From Ramazzottius varieornatus (Eukaryota; Animalia; Tardigrada): a stretch of 20,802 bases of DNA. Shown in pieces: positions 11,102-20,802 of the stretch. The stretch is from contig BDGG01000025.1 in the NCBI GenBank assembly GCA_001949185.1, positions 107,409-128,210 on the forward strand. Direction: 5' to 3'. Below the pieces are notes generated by a model, which ran no database searches, was not told the DNA's origin, and worked only from the letters and a program-made list of their open reading frames with translations. The translations under genes were made by a program, and so were the position numbers. How positions within the stretch are numbered: position 1 is the stretch's first letter; each line of letters begins with the position of its first letter.

Positions 11102-11398
11102 CTAGCTAGTGGTTCTGACCACTAGAAAGGCCGAACAAAGAAGGTAAACCATTGTAGAGCGAGCATTTTTACTGCATTGCGTTGCCTAATGCAAGTAACC
11201 GTTTTTCATTGGCAACTTTCTCTTGTATAACAGGAGAATTTGTCCGCTTAGCAAGGTGGTCAAAATCAGAATATTGCAAAAAGGCTAGGTGAACTCGAGA
11301 ACAACGGAGATAGCCCTATCGCAAACTCGATCGTCCTTTCCTAAGTCAAGAACCATGCCTGGCAGGATTGTCCCTTGCGCCTTGTGCACCGTTGCCGC
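11102..11398 (-). mobile_element. Degenerate Helitron/Pif1-helicase remnant with a candidate Helitron 3' terminus
   Basis: The minus strand at about 11398-11290 reads AATVHKAQGTILPGMVLDLGKD, then after a frameshift EFAIGLS. This matches the Pif1/Helitron C-terminal pattern AxTxHKxQGxTL...IDLG..EF..GLS.VA.SR. About 170 nt downstream on the same strand is CTAGTGGT-caga-ACCACTAG (perfect 8-bp hairpin, 11125-11106) directly followed by CTAG|T. Confidence 0.6.
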
Positions 11399-13841
11399 TT
11401 CGCGCCTCCGTTGCTCGTTCGTCAACCATGCCCTGAGTTCTTCCAGGTTGGTTGTCTGGACTTGGTTATTGGGCTGTATGGTTGCTTTTCACAGTGGTAT
11501 AGCAGTGCCGACAGTGCCCACCATCGAAATGGATACGTGACTAGGGTTGCTGCTGGCGTGGTAACGCCACGTTTGTGGCGCGAAAATTGTCATCTTTCGT
11601 CTCCGATGTTGATATTGGACTTGGCCTGATTGCGGTCCATCCACTGTTTAGGTTGTTTGGGTTGCACAAATTGCATGACGATCGATCCGTGGGCAAATTG
11701 TTAAGGAAACTACCTCAAAGGAGTGGGACCCCAAGGGCAAAGTTGAACTAGTGATGCAGTCAGGTGTAGAAGACATCGAGGAGCACCATGCTAGGGCTCG
11801 TTTGGACGTCTGACCAGTGGTGAAGTGGCCATGTCATAAAAATCTAGAGGAGGTTGAAATTCGAGTAAAAATGTTTTGACGTCAAAAAGAAGTCATAAAG
11901 CCTGAGTATGCTCCTGCACTTGTTCGGACCCAAAACCCCTGATGATCACACAAACGATCGGAACGACCAATAATACGTGAAGCAATGGTAATTTCGAAAA
12001 AATCGACCGTTTTAATTGAAAAAAAGAGGGTTTTTATTCCAAAACAGCTGAGATCCTTTCACTGATGAAGAACGACATTTTGCATTGTCTAACCCGCGAA
12101 CGAGTCAGCTTAGTCCGACCCCAAGACCATACACGAATACTTTCGGCTGTCTATGACGACAGTCTATGACCCAACCCGCTGCTTTCTTGATATAACCGCA
12201 TAATATATGAAGCTGGCCAGAAACTGCGGATGCATTTCGCTGTGCGCCATGTTACAGTTACACATCTGGTTTTTATGTGTTTATGTCAAGCCTGATGTAA
12301 TGGATGTTTCGATTGCCAGTCTCCACCCAAGCCTCAGATGCTGCCCGAATTCGGTGTCACTAACGCTCCGATTGAACACGAATTTGAAACGAGCTGGATT
12401 TCTTTCATGTTTCGAAACTGCGCATTCGGGCTGCAGACTACTAAGGTAGCCCCCATCGGTACTTGGAAGTGCCGGGAGTGAGGGAAAAGGTTTTATTGGT
12501 ATCGTAGTGGTCCATCTCGTCCCGTCCCCTTCCCGTTCGCGATCGAAGTGCGCTGAGAGGCACACATCGCTCCGCATTTCTGCGTAAAACTGCTCAGTTA
12601 GCACCTTATGCTAGAATTTGTTTGGTTTCAGTTGGTTCGAGCCTGTGGGCTTGGGTTCGGAAGCCGGAATAATTGTACTGTAGTGCAAAAAATAGTGAAA
12701 TTCCGGGATAATCATGTTTTCCGAATTTGCGCCCAACTTATCATCCCTCGCACACCCATTCGAATGTTCCCGGTCAGTTGTTTTGCTGGGACGTCTTGCG
12801 GTATCCACGGTGCTAGTTTCACCGTCGACTGTAACTTGGGATTTCGTAATGAACAGTACAGACCAATGAAAGCATTAGGATAAGAGTATGATAGCATACA
12901 TGACATGAAGCGTAAAGCGTGGTGGGAGCGTGGTAATTAATGTGGAGTATTTGCAAAAAACCTGAGCCGTGGTTACTGGAAAGTCGTGCGGTGTCTCGCG
13001 CACGCTTGGAATGTATTATTAAAATCAGCAATCAGCCTTATTTATCGAGGTAAAACAACGCCACACAACACACGTCGGTGGCGTTCTCTGAACCTTCTGC
13101 CAGGTACCCAGCCATGTGCAACGGAATTGTGCTGTATTGATGCCTCTCTTCAACCGACGAGAACTTCTCCGTCCAGCAAACGGGTAATTATCGAAAAGAC
13201 TAAATGAAAATGCGTGAGAACCGCGCGCAGTTACGGAAGAAACGCGCTTCGTGTGATGCATCGTTTACGTGCCCACTAAAGTCTATCTCGGACTTGCACT
13301 AGCGCTCAGCCCTAGCGTGCCGCGCTTAATATCGTAAATCAAAAAGGTTTTAAAAGCAAAGTAAATCGAAATCCCGAAACTCGGTGGAGTCTGGAAATCA
13401 TTCCAGGATTTAAAAGATAAAATTCATGAAAGAAGAATATGTATTTCTCGTTCATATCAGCACGAAATGTACCGGAATCGTTGGCATGCACTGGACAACA
13501 AATTGATTTTGACCGATAACACAAAAACAATGACGATGTTATTGTCACTGGCGCCGGCCACTCGAGAAAGTAGGGGCGCCGTACTTCAAGAAAAAGTTAA
13601 ATTCTGCCTGCGAATCCTCCGCAGACAAGAGCTTCAAATGTGCCTTTATCCAATTACACATCTCGAAGCTCAGCTAGCCCTGATGCCACAAGCCTTTTCA
13701 CCATAAAATAAACTGTTTCTGTGGCCAACGTCGGTTTCCCAGTGAAGCTGAGGGTTTTGCGAGGTAAACCTGATGTGCTGATGTCGCACCAGCACAAACC
13801 ATAAAAAAATCCAGCTGATGCCTACTTGCCTAATGCAAGTA
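11182..13841 (+). repeat. 16-bp exact direct repeat pair TTGCCTAATGCAAGTA (11182-11197 and 13826-13841)
   Basis: Identical 16-mer seen at both sites. The second copy lies in a hairpin TACTTGC-ctaat-GCAAGTA (13823-13841). Confidence 0.7.
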
Positions 13842-13940
13842 TCCACAGCTGAAACTTACCGTTAAAGTTTTTCTCTGTCTTGCACTGTTGTTTTGTCGAG
13901 CGATATCCCTGCGTTTTACGGCTTTCCTGCATCGAGTGTC

Positions 13941-13991
13941 TAATTGTCTAGAATAGGGTGATTGTCTAGATTAATTGTCTAGAATAGGGTG
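13941..13991 (+). repeat. Local tandem duplication: TAATTGTCTAGAATAGGGTG x2 with a partial third copy between
   Basis: 20-mer at 13941-13960 and 13972-13991, separated by ATTGTCTAGAT; three ATTGTCTAGA cores. Confidence 0.9.
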
Positions 13992-14883
13992 GCATCATCA
14001 TAACACGAAATTCGCTTGTTTCAACCAGCAAAGACTTTTTATGAATATGGCTGGACTGAATAAAGCCCCGGATGGTTGGTCATGTGAGCTTGTAGGTGGA
14101 GTGAAAAGAGTCTACTGGTCAGGAAGTATGAAATTTTGTCTGGCACCACGAGCGAAAGTCTGGTTGCAGAACATTGTGTAATGTTGTGTGGTGGTGACCG
14201 TCCAAATCGCGCGCTCATCATGGCATGCACTACGAAAGCTATACGATGGAGCGCGTACCCAATTTTCGCTGGTGGTGCAAGACCATACTGCACGGTTGCT
14301 CAACCCGAATCCAACCCTCGCATTCTCGAAGCCTCCGTCAAGGAGAAAGATTATGTTTCGCCCTGTTTGCCCAACAACTTTGACGAAACCCGATTCAAAA
14401 ACCCCGATTTTTAGGGATGGTATGCGCTCTGGACTCCTCGCTACGAACGAGTTACATGGCTGGCGCTTGGTCGCGTACACCGTTTGTCGGACGGCAGTTC
14501 TACCAGCTAATCTTGGATCTTTTTGGTCAGCTCGCGAAACTAATATACGCCGTAAAAACCCCACCGCTCGACCCTTCGGAGCCCGTTGTAACGAGAGCAG
14601 ATTCCCGCTACCGAACGGTAGAATGGTGCGTTTTTGGATAATGGGTGGCTTTGCGGTGCGCCAAATTCGGAAATTTGGAAAATGCCAACCTTCGAACTGC
14701 GGGTAGCCGGTCAGGCCAGCAGAAGCTGGACTATCCAAGGCCACGCGACAAATCAATGGATTTGCGTTGAGCGTCATCTGCCAAAAATGCAAGATCAACG
14801 AGAAACCTGCGGCTTATCATGCCGCCGATTTGAATTCTTATCTCCGTCTACCGACGCAAGTTGGATGTCATCAATGCCTATAG

Positions 14884-16142
14884 CAAATCCATCCGCATTT
14901 GATCGTCTACAGTTTGCATATCTCGCTACGCATTCCTCATATTACTGATATTTTTACCCGCTGCCATGCCGCTCAACAATCGGTCTATAGAATTCAATTT
15001 CTCTTTCCAGCCATTTTTCGCTACGATGGCAATCAGGATTAATATGACGAGGATAATCTGCTGGAAACTACTACTCCTGATGACGTCTACCAATTTGGTT
15101 ATGGCTCCAGTTAATCCTACGTTCTCCCTGAACCCCACTTGATTAGTAGTGGCGAAGACCTTACCGCTTTGTTAACTCAACATTTACAGCAATATATCTT
15201 GCAAGAAGCCGTGACGGCCAAACGTTACAGTACCAAGTATACCCTCGACTGTTTTACCATAGTCACTATCAAAGTTTATCGATTGAAATCTCCTGTTGGG
15301 TTGCGGCCCTTGGTATCCACCACTAGCCGAACAGACCCTCCCTCATCCCCGTAATATTTACCTGCAATTACGGTTAACGCGCTTTCAACGGGCCTTTAAC
15401 GATCAGCTCTGCTTTTTCCTCGCTGTCGCCACCGCTCAGTCCTTGGGTCCTCAGCTGGATGCCAATTGGAATGCCCAAACCCAAACTATCCACCTCCATC
15501 TCCATGGACAACATGTCGGTTTAATCCGCGATATTAACCTCCACGCACAACGCTTTGTTTGCGAAGCTTGTCCACAAATATTGTTGGCTCGTCGGCAACT
15601 GCATCGTCGTCAACAGTACCATTGTAGTGTGGCTCAAGAAATGCGCTTCTCCCATGCAGCCTTTACAAATCCGCTCATTTCCTCACAAGCCTATGAAGAA
15701 CTGTTTAATGTCCGCCTGCCGGCACCACTCAAACTGCAAAGCTCCTTTGTGGTCTTTGACTTCGAAAGCGTTTATCCCTGTTTATATTCTCTTGCAACAA
15801 CAAAAAAATACTGTCACCATCATTTGCCATCAAAGGCATGTTCCCGTCTCTTATGCCCTGGCCCATAATATTCCCGCTTGCCCACTGGGTACTCTCTTTC
15901 GTTATTGTCGTACGGAAAAAGCTGTCCCTGAACTGATCAAACGCTTTGTCCAAGACCTCCCGCGTCTACATCAATTTTACGCCACTAGTCGAGAGCGACG
16001 CTACTAACCACAGTTACAGCTGGTGCAGACGGCCATCAACAATCATCCCACCAATTATCGCTATCAACGCTCGTATCGCCGCTTCTTGCAACATATCAGC
16101 CTGTTACCGGTCATTGGCTTCAATTCCAGTGGTTACGATATA
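14884..16142 (+). pseudogene. Broken protein-primed DNA polymerase B (N-terminal and 3'-5' exonuclease part) of a Polinton/Maverick or adintovirus-like element
   Basis: Across frameshifts (about 15300 and about 15775-15830) and in-frame stops the frames give QQSVYRIQF...PHLISSGEDL...KRYSTKY...VYRLKSPVG/CG...FNDQLCFF...IHLHLHGQHVGLIRDI...FVCEACP (Zn-finger-like). These are followed by FVVFDFES (ExoI; DFES at 15758-15769), HVPVSYA...ELIKRFV and LPVIGFNSSGYDI (ExoII, ending 16142). No introns seen. No polymerase palm motifs follow, so it is 3'-truncated. Confidence 0.85.
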
Positions 16143-16867
16143 AGCTCTTCCGTCAATGGCTATTTCTCTACATCTTGTCCTTCTCACCTTCACGGTTCCA
16201 TCCTCTTGTAGCACCGGTGGATCAACACACCAGTGCTTCCTTCGACCTCTTGGTCTCCTGTTCAGCTATTGCTTTCGCTGTCTGTCTGGCCTGTACTGCA
16301 TAATCGTAGTTCTCTGAACAGTCGATAATCATCTTATTCCCTGCTGTATTCCACTCCACTAACATCAGCTATGTACCTGTAGTATCCACACGACAAGAAG
16401 AGGCTAACTTTCCAATCAACTCTGAACACTTTTTAGACAACAACTTTGACTGATCCCCACAAAGCTAAAATATGATCCTCTGAGCTACGGTTCGCAATCA
16501 ATATATCCTCGTCCTTCGACACCTGATACGGGTAGACCACGTTAATCGTCGTAAAAAACTTTCTTCCCACTAAGAATTTGATAGCTTCATTGATCCCAAT
16601 CTCCGCATGTCTTGCTCTCATCAGTCGCTTCTTAATCGCCTCGAAATTGGCGTAAGGAGTTTCCTCGCATTTTGCCCTTAAGCGCCCGTGGATAGCGACG
16701 CTAAGTCTGCTGAGCGTCGGAGAGATGACTGCAAGGCAGCTTGAGCATGGACCTTTCCGGCACATGATGAGACGCGAGTCGCAATTTCAGCACCTCGTAA
16801 AGTCGACTTTTGCGTGTTTCTTAATGTCCAGTTACAATGGTTCGTCTGATAGTGACACTGATTTGAT

Positions 16868-17879
16868 ATGAAAAAGACGGTGAATCAGTCAGATACGTTT
16901 ATTAACTGGCCTATACGTTATATACGTCCGCAAGTAATGGCGAATGGCGGATTCTTCTTTTCGAGCTTGGGCGACCTGGTGGAATGCGCCTTTTGTGTCT
17001 TTAAGATTAGGGACTAGAAAGGAGGGGAAAATTTGTTGAAAGGCATCGCCATTGAATCGGTGGATATAGTGGTCCTCACGACGAGCTGTTTATGTCGCAA
17101 ACGGCTGATTCAAAATTTGAGGTTGCTTGATCAACGGAGACTAGTCGTGAGTGAGGCGAAATTGGATTTTTCGCAAGTCTCGGACACGGGAGCGGAAATG
17201 CGCGAGTTTTGCGGGGTAGGTCTGTAGGCAAACTTTGCCTCCTGACTAGACTGAAATTCATGGTTTTCTCTCTGGCTAGTCTCTGTCTGTCAATATCCCC
17301 GACACTAATAGGTATCAAAAAGCTCATACGCGAAACGGTATCTCGCAACGTAAAGCACTGTGCAGACAGAGATCAGCTGAGAAATGAAAATTTAAAATTT
17401 CGAGTCAAGTGTGCAGAGAATAATCCGTTTTCGCTTTCAAGATAAGATACTCGAGGGCTGCTTATCTTGAAGGCGAAACTTCGTTATCCACTTTCAAGAT
17501 CAACACGATCAACGGAGTTTTGCGGCCTGTCGTGAGGAGGACTATTGATCAGCACAAGAGCGATAGTCAACGCTAGGATGTGTGTGGGAGGTATTCTGCG
17601 CCGATGATGTTCAACGTGATTACCAGTTCCCACCATCCCAAGATGGCAAGCATGACTGATTATACAGCACTTTTTTCAACGTTCGCTTCCCGGCGGATCG
17701 ATCGGACTCAGTCACCTAGAGACCTTCCTTTGGCAGGATTATTTTACCAAGGACAGAACGACCGCACCCAGTGCTTCGACTATGATGCTGTTTTGGAAAA
17801 CTGGAAACCGCAAGATGTTCTGTGGATCGAACGTGCACGTTGGCATCCCCGGTGCCACTTCTTAGTCACTATCAACTAG
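16868..17879 (+). pseudogene. Inhibitor-of-apoptosis (IAP) relic with two degenerate BIR domains, each uninterrupted by introns
   Basis: BIR1 at 16868-~17055: TFINWPIRYIRPQVMANGGFFFSSLGDLVECAFCVFKIRD*KGGEN then, after a frameshift, VERHRH*, with stops at both Trp positions. Linker motif DVCGRY at 17577. BIR2 at about 17635-17879: HPKM...QSPRDLPLAGLFYQGQNDRTQCFDYDAVLENWKPQDVLWIERARWHPRCHFL*, with the second Cys and the His Zn ligands replaced by Y and R. No RING domain found. Confidence 0.85.
17429..17478. repeat. 18-bp inverted repeat (hairpin) between the two BIR domains
   Basis: TTTCGCTTTCAAGATAAG (17429-17446) and CTTATCTTGAAGGCGAAA (17461-17478); 17/18 complementary, 14-nt loop. Confidence 0.85.
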
Positions 17880-17889
17880 CATCCAACAA

Positions 17890-18460
17890 CCTACTTTCAA
17901 GATCATGGCGCGATCGGTGGAGGTTGTTGAGGATAACCACGTCATTAACAAAGCGAAAACGTCTCATGTTAAATACAAAGGCACATTTCGACTCGAGGTG
18001 TGTATGCATAACCCAGGGGTCTTAGCGTCACGCACCATCAGTCCACCATGGAAACAACAAACTTGCGTGCCTGTGCTTGTACAAAACCAACGCTTCGTCC
18101 CGAAATTTCTCGGTTACACGTCATCAACCACAGGCAGTGGTCGGCAGTCACCACAGCGATGATTTTCCCTGTCAGGCGTTGCTGACAGCTCTACGTGCCA
18201 GCAGATCACCGGGCCGCTGGCTGACAGCGCACAACTCAATTTGATTTGATCGTTCTGAAATGATGAGAAAAATCCGGCGGTGGCCAGTTCAATCTCGTAG
18301 AGAACCACGGAGAAGGTGGTCAATTTGCTTTTCGAGTTCGAAATGTCGCAGGTACAGCAATGGTTTGTCGGACCTGACGACAATCATGGAAGAGTTCCTC
18401 GGTTTGGTCGTGGTCATGAAACACCCCAACATGCCAGGTCATCCAATACATCTCATCACA
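17890..18460 (+). mobile_element. Possible highly decayed DDE_Tnp_4 (Harbinger/ISL2EU-like) transposase fragment
   Basis: Only faint colinear resemblance. KTSHVKYKGTFRLEVCMHNPGVL...ISPPW resembles tySxYKxxxTxKxlvgixPxG..fiS..w, and GQFNLVE/TTEKVVNL..FE resembles Qf..eEv..T.kianlR..VE. Several stops and shifts; catalytic Asp residues not clearly identifiable. Confidence 0.3.
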
Positions 18461-19025
18461 TGCTATACGCCAGAGCGATGAAAAACTCTGCGATCACAAC
18501 TATTGCGAGTCGCGTGGTTTTGACGGCAAAGTCGGAAACTTTCTAGGCTTCTAGGCGAAAACGGTGCACTGCAGTAGTGACACATAACCGTAGTGGGACC
18601 AAATTTCCGGTCCGCCGATAACGGACAGTGCTAGTGCTTACCTACTTGTACAAGGCCAACGATGTGGAGTCAGTGGTCAGCTAGAGGTTGTCAGGACCTG
18701 AGGCCAGTCATCTTCAGTGAGACTGGTGGTGCCTTGGTGCATACCGCCTTTCGGTACTTAACAGTCATCAGTCCAATTTCTCACGGCTTACCGTCTATCA
18801 CGAATGTTTGATAATGTTTTTTTCGTGTAACGATATGACAAGCGCTCGTGGAATAGAAAGGCAAGTTTGTAAACAAATTTTGAATGGAACACGGAGTAGC
18901 GCAGTAGGAGGTATCTTTGGACTATGTAAGTTGGAGTGCTCATGGACAGCAAAGAACATCCGACAAGGTTCTATTAAATTTTGTCATCTTCTCCATACAG
19001 CCCTTCTTCCGAACTCGTTACTAGC

Positions 19026-19886
19026 TTATAAGTCTTCGGTTGGCAGTCGACAAGGGCATGGCCATGCGGTATCCTTGTTGATATGGAGTGGATGCGTCAT
19101 TTTCTTTAGGGCATTTTCTACGGTGGTGTCACAAACGACGGCTTTCTCCTTCCTGTATGCTACCTTATACAGATCCCGCCAGGTCCACAGCAAGCGTTCG
19201 GATTCGATCGCCTCGTCACTTTTCTTGTCTTCATTCTCCCCTTCTTCAACCTCCACTTCTTCCCGCCAGTTACGATAGCACCATTCGACGATCGTGTAGA
19301 TCTTTCCAGCCTCCGTGAGGAACTCTCCGCTGCCACTGGAGCTCTGCAATAGCACGAAGCTTGTTTAAATTACGGCGCAATGCGGTATTGATAGATACTG
19401 TGGATGATAAGTCGAAAAGTTCGTACTGATGTTCTGGTAATTTCAGCTTCAGGCACTGTAGGTAAGTTTTCCTGCCTGGTCTTTCGTAATCCATCTCATT
19501 AGTGATTGACTGTGAACAAAAAAGGAGCTTGTACAAGGGACTGAGAGCAAGGAAATGACACATCGCAACCTGAAAGAGACTCACTTGGTGAATGAAGCGA
19601 AGTAATGGGATGCTTGACCATCGACGTATCGATACCCGTGGAAAGCCTCGACCACCACCTCGTTGGAGACCTTGGCAGACAGCTCGAAAGACAGCTGCTG
19701 CTCAGTCTCCTTCGAAGCATCGTGGATTCGGCTGATCATGTCGTCAGTTTCATTCAGTCTAAAAACAGCCAACCAGCCGCTAACTGTAACTGACCAGAAC
19801 TTCGACAAAGAAGTGCGGGAGGGATAGAGATTGTAAGTTAGATGTAGACGGAGTTTTTTTGTTTTTCGGAGTTGACTAGTGTTCAA
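19026..19886 (-). other. Unassigned coding-like ORF pieces (decayed gene or element)
   Basis: Three overlapping minus-strand ORFs of 101-109 aa with protein-like composition (acidic tract EEVEVEEGENEDKKSDEAIESE; LWTWRDLYKVAY; CPC). Splice-like signals exist (AA|gtgagt near 19584, tgttcacag near 19510, attgcag near 19343), but I could not join them into one open frame. Confidence 0.3.
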
Positions 19887-20582
19887 CTGGCATACGACAC
19901 AGCCCGTTCATCATCAGGTTCATGATCTATTGGTTAGAATTACAGCGCGACAAAACCTCCGTAGGAAGCATTAGTTTCCGCTCCATGCTCTGCACAGGGT
20001 CCAAGTGAAGTGCTATAGGCGTAGCAGCCAGGTAGTTCACTAAGCTGGAAGCGCAAGATCTTCTGACGTTCCCCAGTCAGAGGGTTGGGCTTTCAGTTCT
20101 AATACAATTCAAAGGTTGCTTAGACGGGAGAGATTTGGAATAAATGTTTGATAAAGAGTGAAACAGAACAGAAATAACCTGAGGGTAGTACCTGTAATAG
20201 GTTCGCGCATTTTCGAGACTACTGATTTTTTCTCAGTCAGGTTCAATTCCTTGCTCACTAGTAGTAAGAGTACGAGAGAAAGGTTGTTTAGTTAGCCACC
20301 CTTGCGGTATGTGGTGGAGCACAGGCAGTGCTATAGCCTTGAGTCGTGGTATAAGTAATAGCGCTTTTTCAAACTGCGGTGTAGTGGACACCATACCGTC
20401 AAATACACAGAACGTAGATTTCGACATCTTCGCGACTAAACTATCCATCGCATAACCAGCTCATCACACTTCCCTGAAATCTTCTCAGTGGTTATTCAAT
20501 AAAACAAATAATATCGAGGTCAGAATACTGATTAAGAGGTAAAACAGCGGAACCCGCTTCAGATCATAGGGTCGATTATCCC

Positions 20583-20801
20583 TCAAGCTATCTTTTGTTT
20601 CTTTGCAACACGTGTCCGTCTTGGTGGAACTTCTTGGGCAATGTCTTCTGGCTCGTGGCTCGTGGCTCGTGGCTCGTGGCTCGATGATGCTTTTCGCTTC
20701 GCCAAGTTGACTTTTCTGACCGCTACGCGTTTTCCAACTTTATGCAAAATGCTTGATGTTTCCTGAACTTCCTCCTTGATGTATTCATAAAAGTGAAATT
20801 G
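20583..20801 (-). CDS. Possible 3' end of a gene entering from the right edge (basic, NLS-like C-terminus)
   Basis: Open frame from the window edge: QFHFYEYIKEEVQETSSILHKVGKRVAVRKVNLAKRKASSSHEPRATSHEPEDIAQEVPPRRTRVAKKQKIA*, followed by T-rich sequence. No family recognised. Confidence 0.4.
   Translation of the reverse strand, partial: QFHFYEYIKEEVQETSSILHKVGKRVAVRKVNLAKRKASSSHEPRATSHEPEDIAQEVPPRRTRVAKKQKIA
20649..20683 (+). repeat. 7-bp tandem repeat (TGGCTCG)x5
   Basis: Five perfect units read directly. Confidence 0.95.
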
Positions 20802-20802
20802 T

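Noticed and set aside
12207-13706. Many 60-107 aa ORFs on both strands
   Set aside because: No motifs or consistent strand or phase; treated as chance ORFs or unrecognisable element debris.
13941-13991. Repeat-spacer-repeat pattern resembling a mini CRISPR
   Set aside because: Only two copies, the spacer is itself a partial repeat, the context is eukaryotic and there are no cas genes.
14039-14820. Overlapping long ORFs on both strands (228 aa minus, 172 aa plus) upstream of PolB
   Set aside because: No family motif recognised and the coding frame cannot be determined. The short TVEWC/IVEWC similarity to the 19.3 kb ORF is probably coincidence.

Overview
Eukaryotic (invertebrate animal) genomic DNA with short GT-AG introns; not prokaryotic. 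A compact-genome ecdysozoan such as a tardigrade or nematode is a guess only. The left half (1-10.9 kb) holds four spliced genes, each predicted to encode a secreted protein. (1) An animal heme peroxidase on the minus strand that runs off the left edge, with its distal-His motif built from 24-nt and 15-nt micro-exons. (2) A complete six-exon C16orf89/UPF0764 homologue. (3) An unassigned five-exon protein with a Gly/Arg-rich N-terminus and one Cys-containing C2/Notch-ligand-N-terminus-like domain. (4) A 100-aa Gly/Tyr-rich structural protein. The right half (11-20.8 kb) is mostly decayed mobile and viral DNA: a Helitron/Pif1 helicase scrap with a possible hairpin-CTAG 3' end, a broken Polinton/adintovirus-type protein-primed DNA polymerase B, a broken two-BIR IAP with a rearranged linker, a possible DDE transposase ghost, and unassigned ORF pieces. 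All gene models were read by eye from splice signals, codon phase and remembered family motifs. No searches were run.
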